Shown in pieces: positions 49,468 to 61,700 of a stretch of DNA of 64,000 nt. Location of the stretch: assembly GCA_001179505.1 (NCBI GenBank), contig CDMY01000413.1:19558-83557 (forward strand). Reading direction: 5' to 3'. The stretch's first letter is position 1. The number at the start of each line of letters is the position of its first letter. The notes under the pieces were generated by a model, which made no database searches, was not told the DNA's origin, and saw only the letters and a list, made by a program, of their open reading frames with translations. The position numbers and the translations under genes are program-made. This DNA is from Vitrella brassicaformis CCMP3155. Taxonomy: Eukaryota > Protista > Chromerida.

Positions 49468-49791
49468 CTACCCGCCCGATATGGGCGGTATGAGGGCCAC
49501 CTCATCGCCCTCCTTTATCCGCACATCGTCCTCAGCATACTCCTGATTCACAGCCAGCAACGAATTCGGCAGCACCTGACAACAGTACACACACGGGATC
49601 TTCCACAAGCACCCTCACTCCTGCAGTGGCTGGCTCACCTTGGCGAGGGGCGGGTGTGTTTGCCTCAGCGAGTCCATGAGCTCCGCCACGCTCACTGTGT
49701 TGTCGGCAGATGATGCATTCACCTCAACATCCACTGCGCCAGCCCTCATCGCCTCCTTTGCGCCAGCAAACAGCAGCACTCTGATTCTCAT
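49468..49791 (-). CDS. MOCS2A: Molybdopterin synthase sulfur-carrier subunit (MoaD/MOCS2A), 86 aa, 2 exons
   Basis: Exons 49791-49639 and 49575-49468 give [18 protein letters not shown]...THPPLAK|[35 protein letters not shown], with the MoaD C-terminal PP.SGG. It is absent from the supplied ORF track. Confidence 0.95.
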
Positions 49792-49809
49792 TTGCCCCTC
49801 CTCGGACCA

Positions 49810-49823
49810 TAAGCTCGCAGGCG
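49810..49823 (-). promoter_or_regulatory. TGCGAGCT motif about 20 bp upstream of the MOCS2A ATG
   Basis: taagctcgcaggcg, identical to 2761-2774. Confidence 0.5.
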
Positions 49824-50004
49824 ATCTGGAGGAAGAGAAAGACCGGCATCGTGACGTCGTCGCGTCGCTGCCCAGGCACTGACCTTGGTACTCACAAAAG
49901 GCAGAGAATTCATGAGTTTTTGGTTTGTTTTGTGTGTGTCAGGAGAGGGTGGTCTGGTCTGCTGGCGCACACCGTGCACTTGAGGGTAAGGACGCCGTGA
50001 CGTC

Positions 50005-50700
50005 ATGGAGCTGAGGGAAGTTCGCGGATCTCCCACCTCTCGCTCTTCACGCGCCTTGCCTTTGGTCATTTTTCGTGGTCTCCCGGGCACCGGCAAGACT
50101 CATCTGGCGTTGGCATTCATCAAGGCCATGCGCAAGAGGGACGGCCTCGTCTTCGCCCGCGTCAGCCGCGACGAGCTGCGCCGCTCTCTCTTTTGCCGCC
50201 CGGCATACACAGAGGACGAGAAGCAGCTGTGTAACGGGCTTGTGGCAGTGCAGAGCCAGCATCTGGTGGAGCATGGGTGGCCGGTGGTGGTGGACGGGAT
50301 GGCTCTATCACACATGGAGGACGTGTACGCCCTCGTCAACACCATCCTCCACACTGATGCCGCGGCCCCCAGTGTGGGCTCCGAGTGCTCCTCCGCCGCC
50401 CGGCAGGAGGCGGGCGTGTACGTGTTGCTTGTGGAGTGCTATTGCAGCGACGGCACGGCCACGCGGCGCATCGAGGCTGACGGTGCGATGCACCCGGCGG
50501 GCGACAGAGATAAGGATCTGTACTTCCGTGTCAAGGAGCGTTTCGAGCACTCTGATGACTTTGTGGGTCGGATGGGCGGAGGGCGGCGGGACGCGGGTGT
50601 GGTGTACGATAGAGTGGTGCTGTGCTCTGAAGATGACAACGCCCAGACGAACGTGGAGCTGCTGTGCGAGAGGGCCAGGGCGGCCACCAAGGCACGTTAG
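50005..50700 (+). CDS. Intronless P-loop kinase (AAA_33 / predicted nucleotide-kinase-like)
   Basis: Walker A LVIFRGLPGTGKT, RVSRDELRRSLF, Walker B VVVDG and lid region ECYCSDGTATRRIEAD, in a single 231-aa ORF. Confidence 0.82.
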   Translation: MELREVRGSPTSRSSRALPLVIFRGLPGTGKTHLALAFIKAMRKRDGLVFARVSRDELRRSLFCRPAYTEDEKQLCNGLVAVQSQHLVEHGWPVVVDGMALSHMEDVYALVNTILHTDAAAPSVGSECSSAARQEAGVYVLLVECYCSDGTATRRIEADGAMHPAGDRDKDLYFRVKERFEHSDDFVGRMGGGRRDAGVVYDRVVLCSEDDNAQTNVELLCERARAATKAR

Positions 50701-51170
50701 TCACGTGCATTGACTGATAGGTGATCGGATTGTGTGCGATTGCATGAGCAGTACATAGGTAGACGTAAGAAAGACACCACTGTCGACGTCTGTTACATCA
50801 ACTAAAATGTCAGTTGTTTCCTTCCTATCAGCAAAAACCACGTGCCTTGGTGTCGGGCCTCTTCTTAAAGCGCCGCAATCATGAACTGCATCCATCACTC
50901 GGACTGACATGTGGATGACTGGTGCGGGGGCGCCTGTCCGGCGGAAGGTCGTCAGCACTGCATTGATGTCAGTGCGATGCACTATGTTTTGATATTATCG
51001 CCCATCCACACCGGATACGACGAATGAATGTACACAAACCAACGCATGGAAACATCCATCAAAGCGTGGCTGCCTGCTGTAATTGAATGGCTGTCGCCCG
51101 CCCCTAGCTGCCTACGTCTGTCTTACTTCTTGTCTATCTATCTGTGTGTCTATCCTATCTGTGTGTCAGA

Positions 51171-52565
51171 CTATCTGGTCAGTCGAAAGCTGTTGGCCAT
51201 CCGTCGCAGTTTGTCGCTCTCCGCCGCCCACTGGTCTTCGGGCGACACGACAGTGAGGGTAAACAACTTGTCCCCTCGACAGGCGATGACACTGAGGTTG
51301 TGGTACTCGAACGGCTGGACAACCCCCCTGACGATGTACTCAAACAAATACACCTCCCTGAAGACAGACACATCGGTGGGTCAGTCAGGTGAACGACCAG
51401 CAGCTAGCTGTCTCACTGACTGACCCTCCTGGCTCTCTCTGTTCGCTCAGTGCGTCAATCAGCATGGCGACTTTGCCTGAACCCTCTGGCGCTATCGCCT
51501 CGCGCAACAGAGTCTCAGCCGCCTGCATCCATTTACGATGAATGACACAGGTGGTACACGCACACAAAACAGATGTGGTCTTTGTCTGTCTGTGTAACCC
51601 ACTTGTTTCGGCGGCCCGAGGAGAGAAAAGAAGGCTCGGTCATCTGTCAGCCTTAAAGTGCTCTTCACCACCGACACGTTCTCCTGGTGGATGCATCAGG
51701 GCAAACAGAGCACCTCTTGTCATGCATGTGTGACGTGTCATCCATCAATCCATCCATCCATCCGTGTGCTGAATCACCTTGGAGTCTCCTCCGCCCCCGG
51801 GCGGTCCGAAGGCCACATCGGGTGCCTCGCCTTGTGCAGCAGCCCTCTTAACAGGCCGGCCCTCGTCAAATGATGCAGCCAATGGCCGCCGAGCGGCATC
51901 CTGAACAGTCAAACAACACCCGTGCATCAGTTGAGCAAACAGGTGTCTGTCCATCGATAGGGCCAGAGGTGAACGTGTCGGCCTTTGCTGTACCTTTGCT
52001 GTGTATAGGGCGACGTCTGCCAGCCAATTGGATGGGTACAAAAACTCATACCCATCCAATTCATTGACGTACCTGCCCAGCAACAAGACAGCACTCACAC
52101 GTATGTATGGCGCATCCCTTGCCTCCCTTCCTGGTGTGCTGCTTGCCTCTTCAATCCGTCAATGGGGTAGATCTGGTCAAGCCTGAGTTTTCTTGCCTGC
52201 TCAGGTGACAGCCGCAGAAGAGCCGAAGTAGCGCCAAACAGATTGGCGGCAAGGGCGGCTGCCGCGGCGCCCTGTGAGGACATCAAAGGGGGAATGAATG
52301 TGCTCCAGCCACCCGCAACCGCCCACTCACCAGAAGCACAAGAAAGCGGCGGCGGGGTGTGATGCTGTCAGGCTCTGCAGCAGGCACAACACAGGATTCA
52401 TAGATCTGATGAGTGAAGATCTCGAGCAGCACCAATCTCCTGAAGCAGCCTGTCATTTCGTCGTTGTCGCAGCTTGACGCTTCTTCTCACTGGCAGCAGG
52501 GGCTGCACAAACAGAGTGGATGACGGAGGAATGACGGCATGTGTCGCCGCCTCAATGAACAGCAT
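51171..52565 (-). CDS. PsbP-domain thylakoid lumen protein (PPD7-like)
   Basis: YVNELDGYEFLYPSNWLAD, DVAFGPPGGGGDSK|ENVSVV, LLGPPKQ, YLFEYIV and LFTLTVVSPEDQWAAESDKLRRMANSF. An upstream exon gives the twin-arginine motif PRRRFLVLL|GAAAAALAA. The start at 52565 is tentative. Confidence 0.82.
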
Positions 52566-52734
52566 GTTGCCACGCGTGTTGGTTTAACGAACAGAACAGC
52601 TGCCCTAAGCGTGCGAGCTATGATGTGCGAATGAAAGGAGCGTCAAACCCGCTGGCCTGAGGGCCTTGTCGGCTTCAATGTATCGGCAGTCGTCAGCTGG
52701 TAGTCTTACAGACAATAGTTGAGACAAGACGGAG

Positions 52735-55700
52735 ATGATGCGGGTAGTGGGCTCTCCAGATGCAATGACCCAATCAGGTAACAGCCGCAGCAGGACTGCC
52801 ATCGACCTCAGCAGAGCGGCCGGCCGGCCAGCAGCACAGGGGAGCAGTCCATCAACAGACCGTCGGCGCCTGTTCCTCAGGCTGCAGAGAATGAAGCCAG
52901 CCGTGAGGTATGCGGCAGGCAACCACCCCCCCTCTTACCACTCTCTCGGACCCCGCCCATCGCACCGACCTGTACTCCCGCATCCGCCTCGGCATGTCCG
53001 ACCTGCAGCTCCGGCACAGAATGACCCCTCTAGGCAGCGCGTCATGGCGGCCCACCCTCCGGCCGCCCCTGGCGCCCCTGCGGCAGGTGTGCCTGCAGCT
53101 GCACAGCACTCGAGCCCTAGGACGAGTATATTGAGGGTGGAGGACGCCATGGTCATGGAGGAGATTCGTTCCCAGCAAGGGAAGAGGGGCCGCGAGGACG
53201 AGGCGACCACCAATGTGGAGGAGCCACAGAGTGACGGGGCGAGCTCTTCCCGCTCGGCGGCCGCTTCTCCTGCCACGGCTGCCTCCCAGTCTCAGCCGTG
53301 CCCTCCTGATGGGCCGCCCTTTGGCGCACAGACGGCACGCGAGCATGCCGGCGGCCCGCCCAGTGTCTATGTGGACCCCTTCCAGCCCGTCTCCATGCCA
53401 CCAGCCAGGACGCCGGACGCCTCCCCGCGGCGAGCCAACATGCGCAACATGCTGCCGCAGCTGCAGCTGCCCTTCGCTGGCCGGCGCATCCAGAACGGCC
53501 CAGCGCCTTTCTTGTTCGGGAGTCGGCAGGGGCAGGGGCAGGGGCGTGAGGCGCGGGGGTTTCTGTGGAGCCGTGCGCCACAGCGACCGGTGCCGGCGGG
53601 GTTCCACTCGCCGGAGCGGCCATGTGTGCCTGCTATAGTGGAGTCCCTGCCGGCATCCCCTGTGCGGCCGATGGGAGTGCCAACCACCCACGATGGAGAC
53701 GAGTTTGTCCCTTCGCCACCGCCGCCGAGTCGGCCTCCATGTCCGCCCATGGTGCCACCTCTGGTCTTCCCCCACACCCAGACCCCGACTCAGGAGTTGA
53801 ACCACCATCTGCCGCCGGCGCCCCGTCCCCCTCTCCCCCCTCCCGCTCTGGTCGGCTCGTCTGCCTCCCTCCCTCCCCGACCTGCACCAGTGCCCTTTCC
53901 CGTAGGGCCAGCCGCCGCCGCCGCTGCTGCTGCTGCTGCTGCCAGTGAGAGCGTGGAGGAGCGGCCCACTCACTCTCGGCAGAGCTCCAGTGACAAGACG
54001 GTCATCCACCACATGCATCGCGACCCCAGTCGGGGGTCAGGGATCGCCAGTGCGTCTCCGTCACTGCTGCCCACGGAGTGGCTCAACTCCCTCCGTGCTG
54101 CGGGTGAGGCGGAGGCCCAGCACCAGCTGCACAAAGACGTCATCGCTCTCCCACCGCCATTCCTCCCCGGAGCGGTGGCCACGCCACCCAGCGAGTCCGC
54201 CACTGGGGACACATCCGTCGGGGCATCCGAGGCACCAGCAGTAGCAGTGGCAGCAGTGGCCGCGGCGGCAGCGGCCGCCAACAGCTCCCCATCGCTGGTA
54301 GAGACGCCTGAAGATACCCTGTGTGCCACTGACACGGCGCCAGTGAGCTCGCGAGTGGGTGGGGCGACTGACAGGGGGGAGGGCGGAATGGATGGAGAGG
54401 AGGCTGGTTGTCGGACGCCGCCAGTCGCTGCGTTGGGTGCGAGGGTGGCTAGGCTGGAGGGCCTGTCGGGCAGTCCGTCGCGCAGCGAGGGCGGTGCTCT
54501 CACGGCGCGGGCCAGGGTGGGTGGTGATAGTGCTTCTAGTGGTGCTGCCAGTGGTGCTGTTGTGGCGGATAGCGACCTGGAGGACATACCACTCAACGGT
54601 GGGCAAGGCGGAGAGCCAGATGGGAGCACACAGGGACATCCATCTGTCTGTCTCGCTCTCTATCTCAGACGATTCGTCGGAGCGTGGTGGTGGCCGTCTT
54701 CGCCTCAACTCGTGCGACTCACCCGTGGTGTCCTCCAGCCCCACTCACAGGTGCTCAGGGCCGCTCGCCGACCTAGTCTGGAAGCCGCTGCAGAACTTAG
54801 TGGGCCCCAACACGCCTTGCCCAGCCGCCCCACGGAGTGCGAGGGCCGGCAGCGCCCCTAAACCAGGGATGGTGGTAGTGAAGGGCAGGGGAGGCGGTGG
54901 TGGTCAGCGATACACCAACTACGGCCCTCTGTCGAGTGAGAGAAAGGGCAGGCAGACAGGCATACAGGCAGGCAGGGATGCTTCCGTCTGTCTGGTGTGA
55001 TTGTGTGATTGATTCGTTGTGTGGTTGGTGTGGTGTGTGTGCACTGCAGAGGAGACGCACGAGGCGTTCATAAGTCGGGACATCAAGTACCTGCACAAGT
55101 TGTTGTGTGAGCAGAAGCAGACCATCGGCAGGCTGAGGCAGCACCGGGACAGATACAAAGAGGAACTCGACGAAACCGTCAAGGTGAGATGGATCGAGAA
55201 CACACAGCATCCAGAGCTGGCTGGCCAGTGCGCATGGCTCATCCATTTCCTGTGTGCTGTGGTCTCAGAGCAAGCAGCTGCTCTACTCTGACATGATAGA
55301 GAAGGCTAAGGTCACGCACAGACATTTGACAGAACCGGCATAGATGGCTCCTCTCTGCCCCTCCCTCTATTTTCAACGCTCAGAGCACCCATTTGGTAGC
55401 AGTTCACGAGCAGGAGGAGTTCAAGCAGCGCGCCGAAGCCGTAGGCCAACACGGGCATGGTGCAGAAGACAGCACATCAGCAGAAATTCGTCTTCGTGTG
55501 TCTGTGTGTTTTGTGTGTGGTAAATTGCAGCACCAGCGTCTGTCGAAGGATCTGTACCGGCAGGTGTCGGAGCTGGAGGCACGCAACGAAGACCTCACCA
55601 ACATGCTACAGGAAAAGGTCGGCTGGGTTGTGCCACACACATCCATCATTGGATCCATCCATCCCTCTGTGTGTGTGTGTCATTCATACTTGTCTTCATT

Positions 55701-56102
55701 CATGTGTGTGACTGTGTGATTGGATTGCGGGTGCAGTTGCAGCAGGGTCTGTGTGTGGTGTGCATGGAGCGTCAGTCCAACGCCATCCTCTTCCCGTGCA
55801 GGCACGTCAACCTCTGCCAGGACTGCTGCGTCAGGCTGCACGTACGAGCGTCGCACTACCTAGCCACGGATCCATCTGGCACAAACACATCGGCCTCATC
55901 TCCGTCTTCTTTGTGTGTGTCGTTGGGTTGTGCCCAGACCTGCCCCGTGTGTCGGTCGCACATCGCTCACCGATTCCAAGTGAGTCGAGTCAGTGAGATA
56001 GATGGATGGATGGATGGACACGGATGAGCCACAATGGCAATGAGCAATGAGCGCCCCCTTGTGTGTGTATGTCTTGGTGCCATACAGGTCTTCTTTGCGT
56101 AG
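52735..56102 (+). CDS. C-terminal RING (C3HC4_3-type) E3 ligase-like protein with a long disordered N-terminus and coiled coil
   Basis: A Pro/Ala/Ser-rich region is followed by coiled-coil exons (LHKLLCEQKQTIGRLRQHRDRYKEELDE; QVSELEARNEDLTNMLQEK) and CVVCMERQSNAILFPCRHVNLCQDCCVRLH|TCPVCRSHI. The last mini-exon VFFA* is at 56088-56102. Confidence 0.82.
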
Positions 56103-57517
56103 GCAGGCCTGCCTGCACACAGCTCTAGTGGCAGGGCCCTGCCGTGGCGTGCCCCTCACGGGAATGAGAGGCAGGCAGACAGGCGCGGGTCGGCGTGTCT
56201 GTCTGAACGAATCCTTTTTGGCGGGTGATGATCGAATGGATGTGTGGATTGGATGTGTGGATGTACCTACTGGATCGAAGGGGTGGTGCGTGTGTACTCT
56301 CTATACCTAACTCGTTCTCTATCAATGTTATCAATGTGTGCTATATAATTGACGCCGATAGATACCATGTTTGAATGGACTTACCTGTGGATGGATGGAT
56401 GGATGAAAGGGTGCTTCATCGGCCCGTTGGTTGGTTGGTTGGTTGGTTGCCCATGCCCATGCCCACGACTGACTGACTGACTGACTCGGGAAGGCGTGAT
56501 GTGATGTGATGGCTTGCGTCCGCTATGTTTATAAAAATTGCATACAGACAGACAGCCGTGCTAACTACCTACTACCGACATACATACATACCTTCAGACT
56601 GCACTGCCCTGTCTTCTCTCCTCTTGCTTGTGTCTGTCAGTCGTGTGTGAGCGTGCGTATTTCTATTAGCTATACAATGCAGTGCGCATTCATCCGGTAG
56701 GGAGGGAGGGAGAGGTGAGACCGGCATTCGACACACGACACACCCACGACCCCACCTACCCACGGTGCAGTACAGTTCAGTACAGTAAGGACGTTACTAC
56801 TGGCTCGTCGCCCTCGACGAGACGCACCTGCCTGGTTTTTATTGCATTCATTACCCCAGCCGCCCCGTCTCCCGTCTTTTCTGTGTCATAGACACCTGTC
56901 CACACACACACGCACACACATGCAGACGCACACACTTGTAACCATCCACCGTGACTCGAGCCAGTGTGTGTGTGGCTGTACCCTACCCACCCTCCGACAA
57001 AGATCAATTGCTTGTGCCGCTTGCTTACCTGATGGTCTTTTGTGTGGTCAAGCGAATGAATGGATGGATGGATGGATCGTGCGACGCATTTTGGAGTGAC
57101 TGTCTAGTGCAGTGTGCGCCCCTCACCTCTCCCCCCCTCCCTCCCTTTTCCCCTCCTGCCTGCCTGGCTGCCTGGCTGCGTAGTGTGTGGCTGCTGGCGT
57201 TTTCTTGGTCCAGAAGTGTGCGCCTGGCCGGCGGGCGGATGGGGGTGTGTGTGGGCTGCTGCGTGTTACAGTAGATAGAATGCTAGTTGGCGTGGGGGTG
57301 TGCTGGGGAGAGGGGTGTGCCGCCTATCATTGATTGATTCTAAAGGACACAAGGACACACACGCACACACGTATCAGTGTTCAATAAGGTCCACGGGAAC
57401 GGGACAAGGCAAATCCAAGCTGCACAGAGAGAGACGACTCATACTCATACACACATGTCTATCTCTGGGTCCCCACACCACACCTCTCCCTCCACCGCTG
57501 CACACAGGCCACCTTCA

Positions 57518-58620
57518 TCAACCCTTGACCTCAACCCCCTCCCCACCCCCGTCCTCAGGGCTATATCGGTCCTCCATCTCCCCACTGGGTGTCTCCTCCG
57601 CTCCAGTGAGGGCACGGCGCCCCTTGCTCATATCTGCCACCTTTATCACCTTAGCGAAGGCCAACACCACCCCCACCATCCCCACCAGGCTCCAGATGAC
57701 CGCCCACTCGGATCTGTACAGGCCCATGAAGGACCCACGTGCGTCACGAGCCGAGGGCCCCACCTCTGCAGTGTGGCAAAGGCAACACGTGACCCTTGCT
57801 GCCTCCGGCCCCCTTGCCCTGTGTGCTTACCAGGCTGCTGTGGTGGCGGCCCGATGCCCAGCGCCTCTGCCAGCTCGTCGAGCGGCCCTTTATCTCTCTC
57901 CCTCCAAGCGTCCGCCGTGGGCGGCGTGCGGCTCGGATGCACCCAAGACGTGTGGACATGCGGCCGGTCCTGGGGCGACAGGGGAGATGTGTCCTCCGCG
58001 CTGTGCTTTATCGAATCAAAGTGTTTCTCCTTGGGGGGCTGTGGATCAGCATCAGGTGCGAAATTGCCGGTGGCTGCCTTCAGGCGGCGGTAGGCAGGGG
58101 AAGTCGCTGGAGGCTGCTGATGGGTGGAAGAAGACGTCATCACAAGTGCGTCGACGCTATGGTCAACGGCGCCATGTGAATCCGCCTCCAAGGAATGGCG
58201 AGTCCACGCACTGGGCGATGTTGGCGGCTCCCTCGTTGTAGAATAGTGATCAGTACTCACAGTATCAGTGGCTTGGAAGTATGGGGGCGGTCTCTTGATG
58301 CTGCTGAGCACCACTGGCCGCTGTTGCTGAACCCTCAGCTTCCTCGACACAGGCCTCCCGAGCACCGGGAAGAGGCTGCCATGCCTCAGCAGCAGCCTCA
58401 CCCTCCTTGACGGCGGAGGCTTGGCGGGTTCGATGGATGGATGGTGCTGCAAAAGCACGGAGAAGTCGTCGTGATCATCGCTGTCCACCACTCGATTCAG
58501 ACGTGTCCGATGGAGAAACTCACGGCTGGCGTATCTGCTGCTGGGCACCTGGCGATGCGAAGGCCGGGCAAGTGACACAGAGATGCAAAGGACGAGAATA
58601 AGGTCCGCAACACCTTTCAT
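57518..58620 (-). CDS. Orphan type I membrane protein (signal peptide, disordered ectodomain, one TM helix, short acidic tail)
   Basis: MKGVADLILVLCISVSLA signal peptide. An intron at about 57775-57830 (gtaagc...ctgcag) joins to EWAVIWSLVGMVGVVLAFAK, followed by a short tail. Confidence 0.6.
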
Positions 58621-58719
58621 CCTGCTTTGCCATGAACACCGCGCGATTCCGTAAACTTCTCCTGTATTTACATTCTGGGAGCCTCAATGCTTAGGTATCT
58701 ACCTGTGAGGGTCTACTCG

Positions 58720-61700
58720 TCACTCGTCTTTGCCCTGCGACTGAGCTGATAGCCGGTGCCCCGCCCCGGCCCTCCGTTTCAAGGCCTGCAGGCTCGACAA
58801 TACCTCTGCTATTTGCTGCTTTGCGCGGTCGCTCGTGCTCAGCGACCCCTTGCGATAGTGCAAAATGCGCTCGAGAAACTCTGCGCTTATCCCCTGATCC
58901 TTGTCTTGCCTCTTCAGCTTCATTGCCGCACTCAGACTGAGGCAGTGGTAGGCAAGAAAGAGGAGGGACACGCCGCCGCCAATGACGAACAAGCTGGGCA
59001 GCCACGACAGAGAGGGGCTGTTCAGGAGGGGAAAGAAGACCACCACGATCGAGTAGCAGATGGTTGCGCAGATGAGGGAGACGACGGCGTAGAAACGGGC
59101 CCAAAAGATGAAGGCCGTGCCGACGAGGATGCCGCTGTTTTTCTCCTGGAGGGCCACCTGGATGGCACGCTCACCTGATGGACGGACGAATGCATGCAAG
59201 AGCTGCACCATCATTCTCTTTTCTCCCTTACCGGCAAAATGGTCAATACACGACCGCTGATAAACTTCATGTCCGTCCCGAGGCTTGAACGGTTCCTTGT
59301 ATGTGCCATCAACGGGGTCTTTGAAGACCTTCCCCTCATGCATTTGCTGCACCGCCACTTTTATCTCACTGTCGACCTTCTCAATGTCTCTGAAAGGGAA
59401 GAATGTCAGCTTTATGAGGAATGAACACAGCGCCAGAGAGGTTGGAATAAAGGAGAAGAAGAGACGAATAGTGGCGATGACCGCCAAGGTCTGCGGCTGC
59501 GGCTTGCCCTTCACAGAGGGCACTAACCAGATGCAGCCTGAACAAAAGGGCCGATGTTAACAATGGTGCGGGTGTGTTGTCTTGGTATCTCACCAGCATT
59601 GAGATGGGCAAAGCCGTAGCGGGGACCGCCACGACCTTGGGGACAAAAGAAGCGAACATACAGAAGCTTGCCTCGGTTCTCTCGCCCGTCCGCACCTGCA
59701 CAGGTGCAACATCCTTGCATTCACGAATCAACGCCCTCCTCCCTCCCTCCTTACTTCATCATAGTCAATAATCAGCCCCCGCAGGTTGGTCGTCAGGAAG
59801 GAGGCGCCCAGAGGTATCCCATTGAAGAGGCAGAAGACAGCCGACAGCGCCATGTCTCCCTTGCCGCAGAAGACGAACAGCCCGTTGGTGATGGCGTTGA
59901 CGCAGTTGAAGGCCAGCCACGCCTTGTAATCACCAATCTGTTTGGCGAGCGTCAGCCACATGGGAGCAGCGACGATGGCGGCCACGAGAAATAAGCAGAC
60001 GGCCACACCGAGCCAGCACGGGGTGCTGCAGGTCCAGTGGGCGAGATCGAGATTGCTTTCGTAGCAGAATTCCTCGGGGGCCGTGACGAACTGAATGAAG
60101 AATGGCAGCATCGTTGCCGCCATGTTAGCCACAGTGACATCCAATATCCACGCCAGCACGAGGACGCGGAAAGGCGCGTTTCCCATCGCACCTGATACAA
60201 TGACCAAAACATAGAGACAGACGTGCTTCCTCCTTTGCCTGTCTCTTTCTGGCTGCGCACCGATGAAGCTGGGCACCTAGCGTGGCAAAAGAGACATCAA
60301 CCATGCAGCAATGTCATAGAAGCGGCATCTGAGGACGTACTATTGTTTCGATTTTTGTGAGTTTTGGCGCCTCAGCCCCTGTGGCGGCAACCGCCCCAGC
60401 CTCTGCATCTCCCGCTGACCGAATGCCTATGAGGCTCGACTGCCGTCTTCTCTTGGAAGCGTTCTCTCGGATCGCCCAGACGCAGTGGAGCATAGTTGTG
60501 ATATGCCAGAGAGCGAAGAATCCCCCGATGACGAGAAACGCCCCCTTCTGGGTGTGCGCCTGGCACTGCAGCAGCTGCCGTGCCTCGCACAACTTGGTGT
60601 CAGGCGCATTGGTGCAGGCGGAGAGGTCGCACCTGTCCATCAACAGGCCGAGGAGGACGGGGGACACCGATGCGATGAGGCTGCCGAGCCCCTCGAATAT
60701 CTTGACAATGAAGAAGACGCCTCGTCGCTCCTTGGGGTCGCTCGTCAGCTCCTGCCCCAGAGCATTGAACGGGATGTGCGTCAAGGTGTCGGCCATGAAG
60801 AAGAGGATATAGAAGGCTCCAAACCAGTAGCTGAAAAGACAAGTAGAAGGGACATGGTGTGCAACGGTGCTCTCCTTATATACTTCTGGCTGACCTGACT
60901 TCCGGCTTGCCGGTCACTGCTGTCGGCGGATTGCACAAGAGGAACAGGAAAGCTCCATACAGAAACGTACCCACAAGCATAAATGGCCGTCCTGACGTCA
61001 CGAGCGCACACACACTTGGTGACTATCGGCCCATCTCGTGCACTTGTCTTGTCCTCTTGTGTGTTACTGCGTCCGTAGGGCGTCTCGGCTCCATCAGTTA
61101 TGTTGGCCATTAGCGGGTCCGTCAGCACATCCAGCGACCGTCCAATCGCCTGTAAGAAGAGATTGATATTCATGCTGCAATCTGTCTCATCTCGCGTGAT
61201 TCCTCACCTGAAAGAATGCAAGAAGAGCCAGCGACGCACCCAGCTTCTCGTAGTGGACAAGAATGTGGACGGTGATCAGCCGCTGCATGGACATCTTAGC
61301 CAGTTCAGGGGCAGCGTAAGAAACGCTCTTCCACTGCACACGCAAACCGCAGTCCAGAAAACAGACACACAAGATCCGTCAGACGCCTGCATCGGATGCG
61401 TGTTGTCTCTCTCTGTGGATGCATGTCAATGCATCTGTCGATTCCATCAATCCATTCGTCCACCCATCTGAAAAATCCATACCATAGGTACCTTCCCCTC
61501 CAGCGGGCTTGCGTTGGGAAAGAGGTCGACGTTGCGCTTCAGCAGCACTCCCTGTACCCTCTTCCATGCCCCCCCACCCACCGACTGCATCTTCTCCTCC
61601 GCCACTATAGTGTACTCGCCGCTTCTCAGCTGGAAGGCCTCTGGAGGGTCGAACACAAGCTGCGTCTCATCGCTGTGGAACACCGAGTACTCGTGCGACG

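Noticed and set aside
50701-50982. 93-aa minus-strand ORF between the kinase and PsbP genes
   Set aside because: It has no motif and lies where both 3' UTRs converge.
54359-54640. TM-like alternative frame WVVIVLLVVLPVVLLWR inside the RING gene
   Set aside because: The main frame splices consistently (aac g|gtgggc...ctcag|AC), and no splice route into the alternative frame was found.
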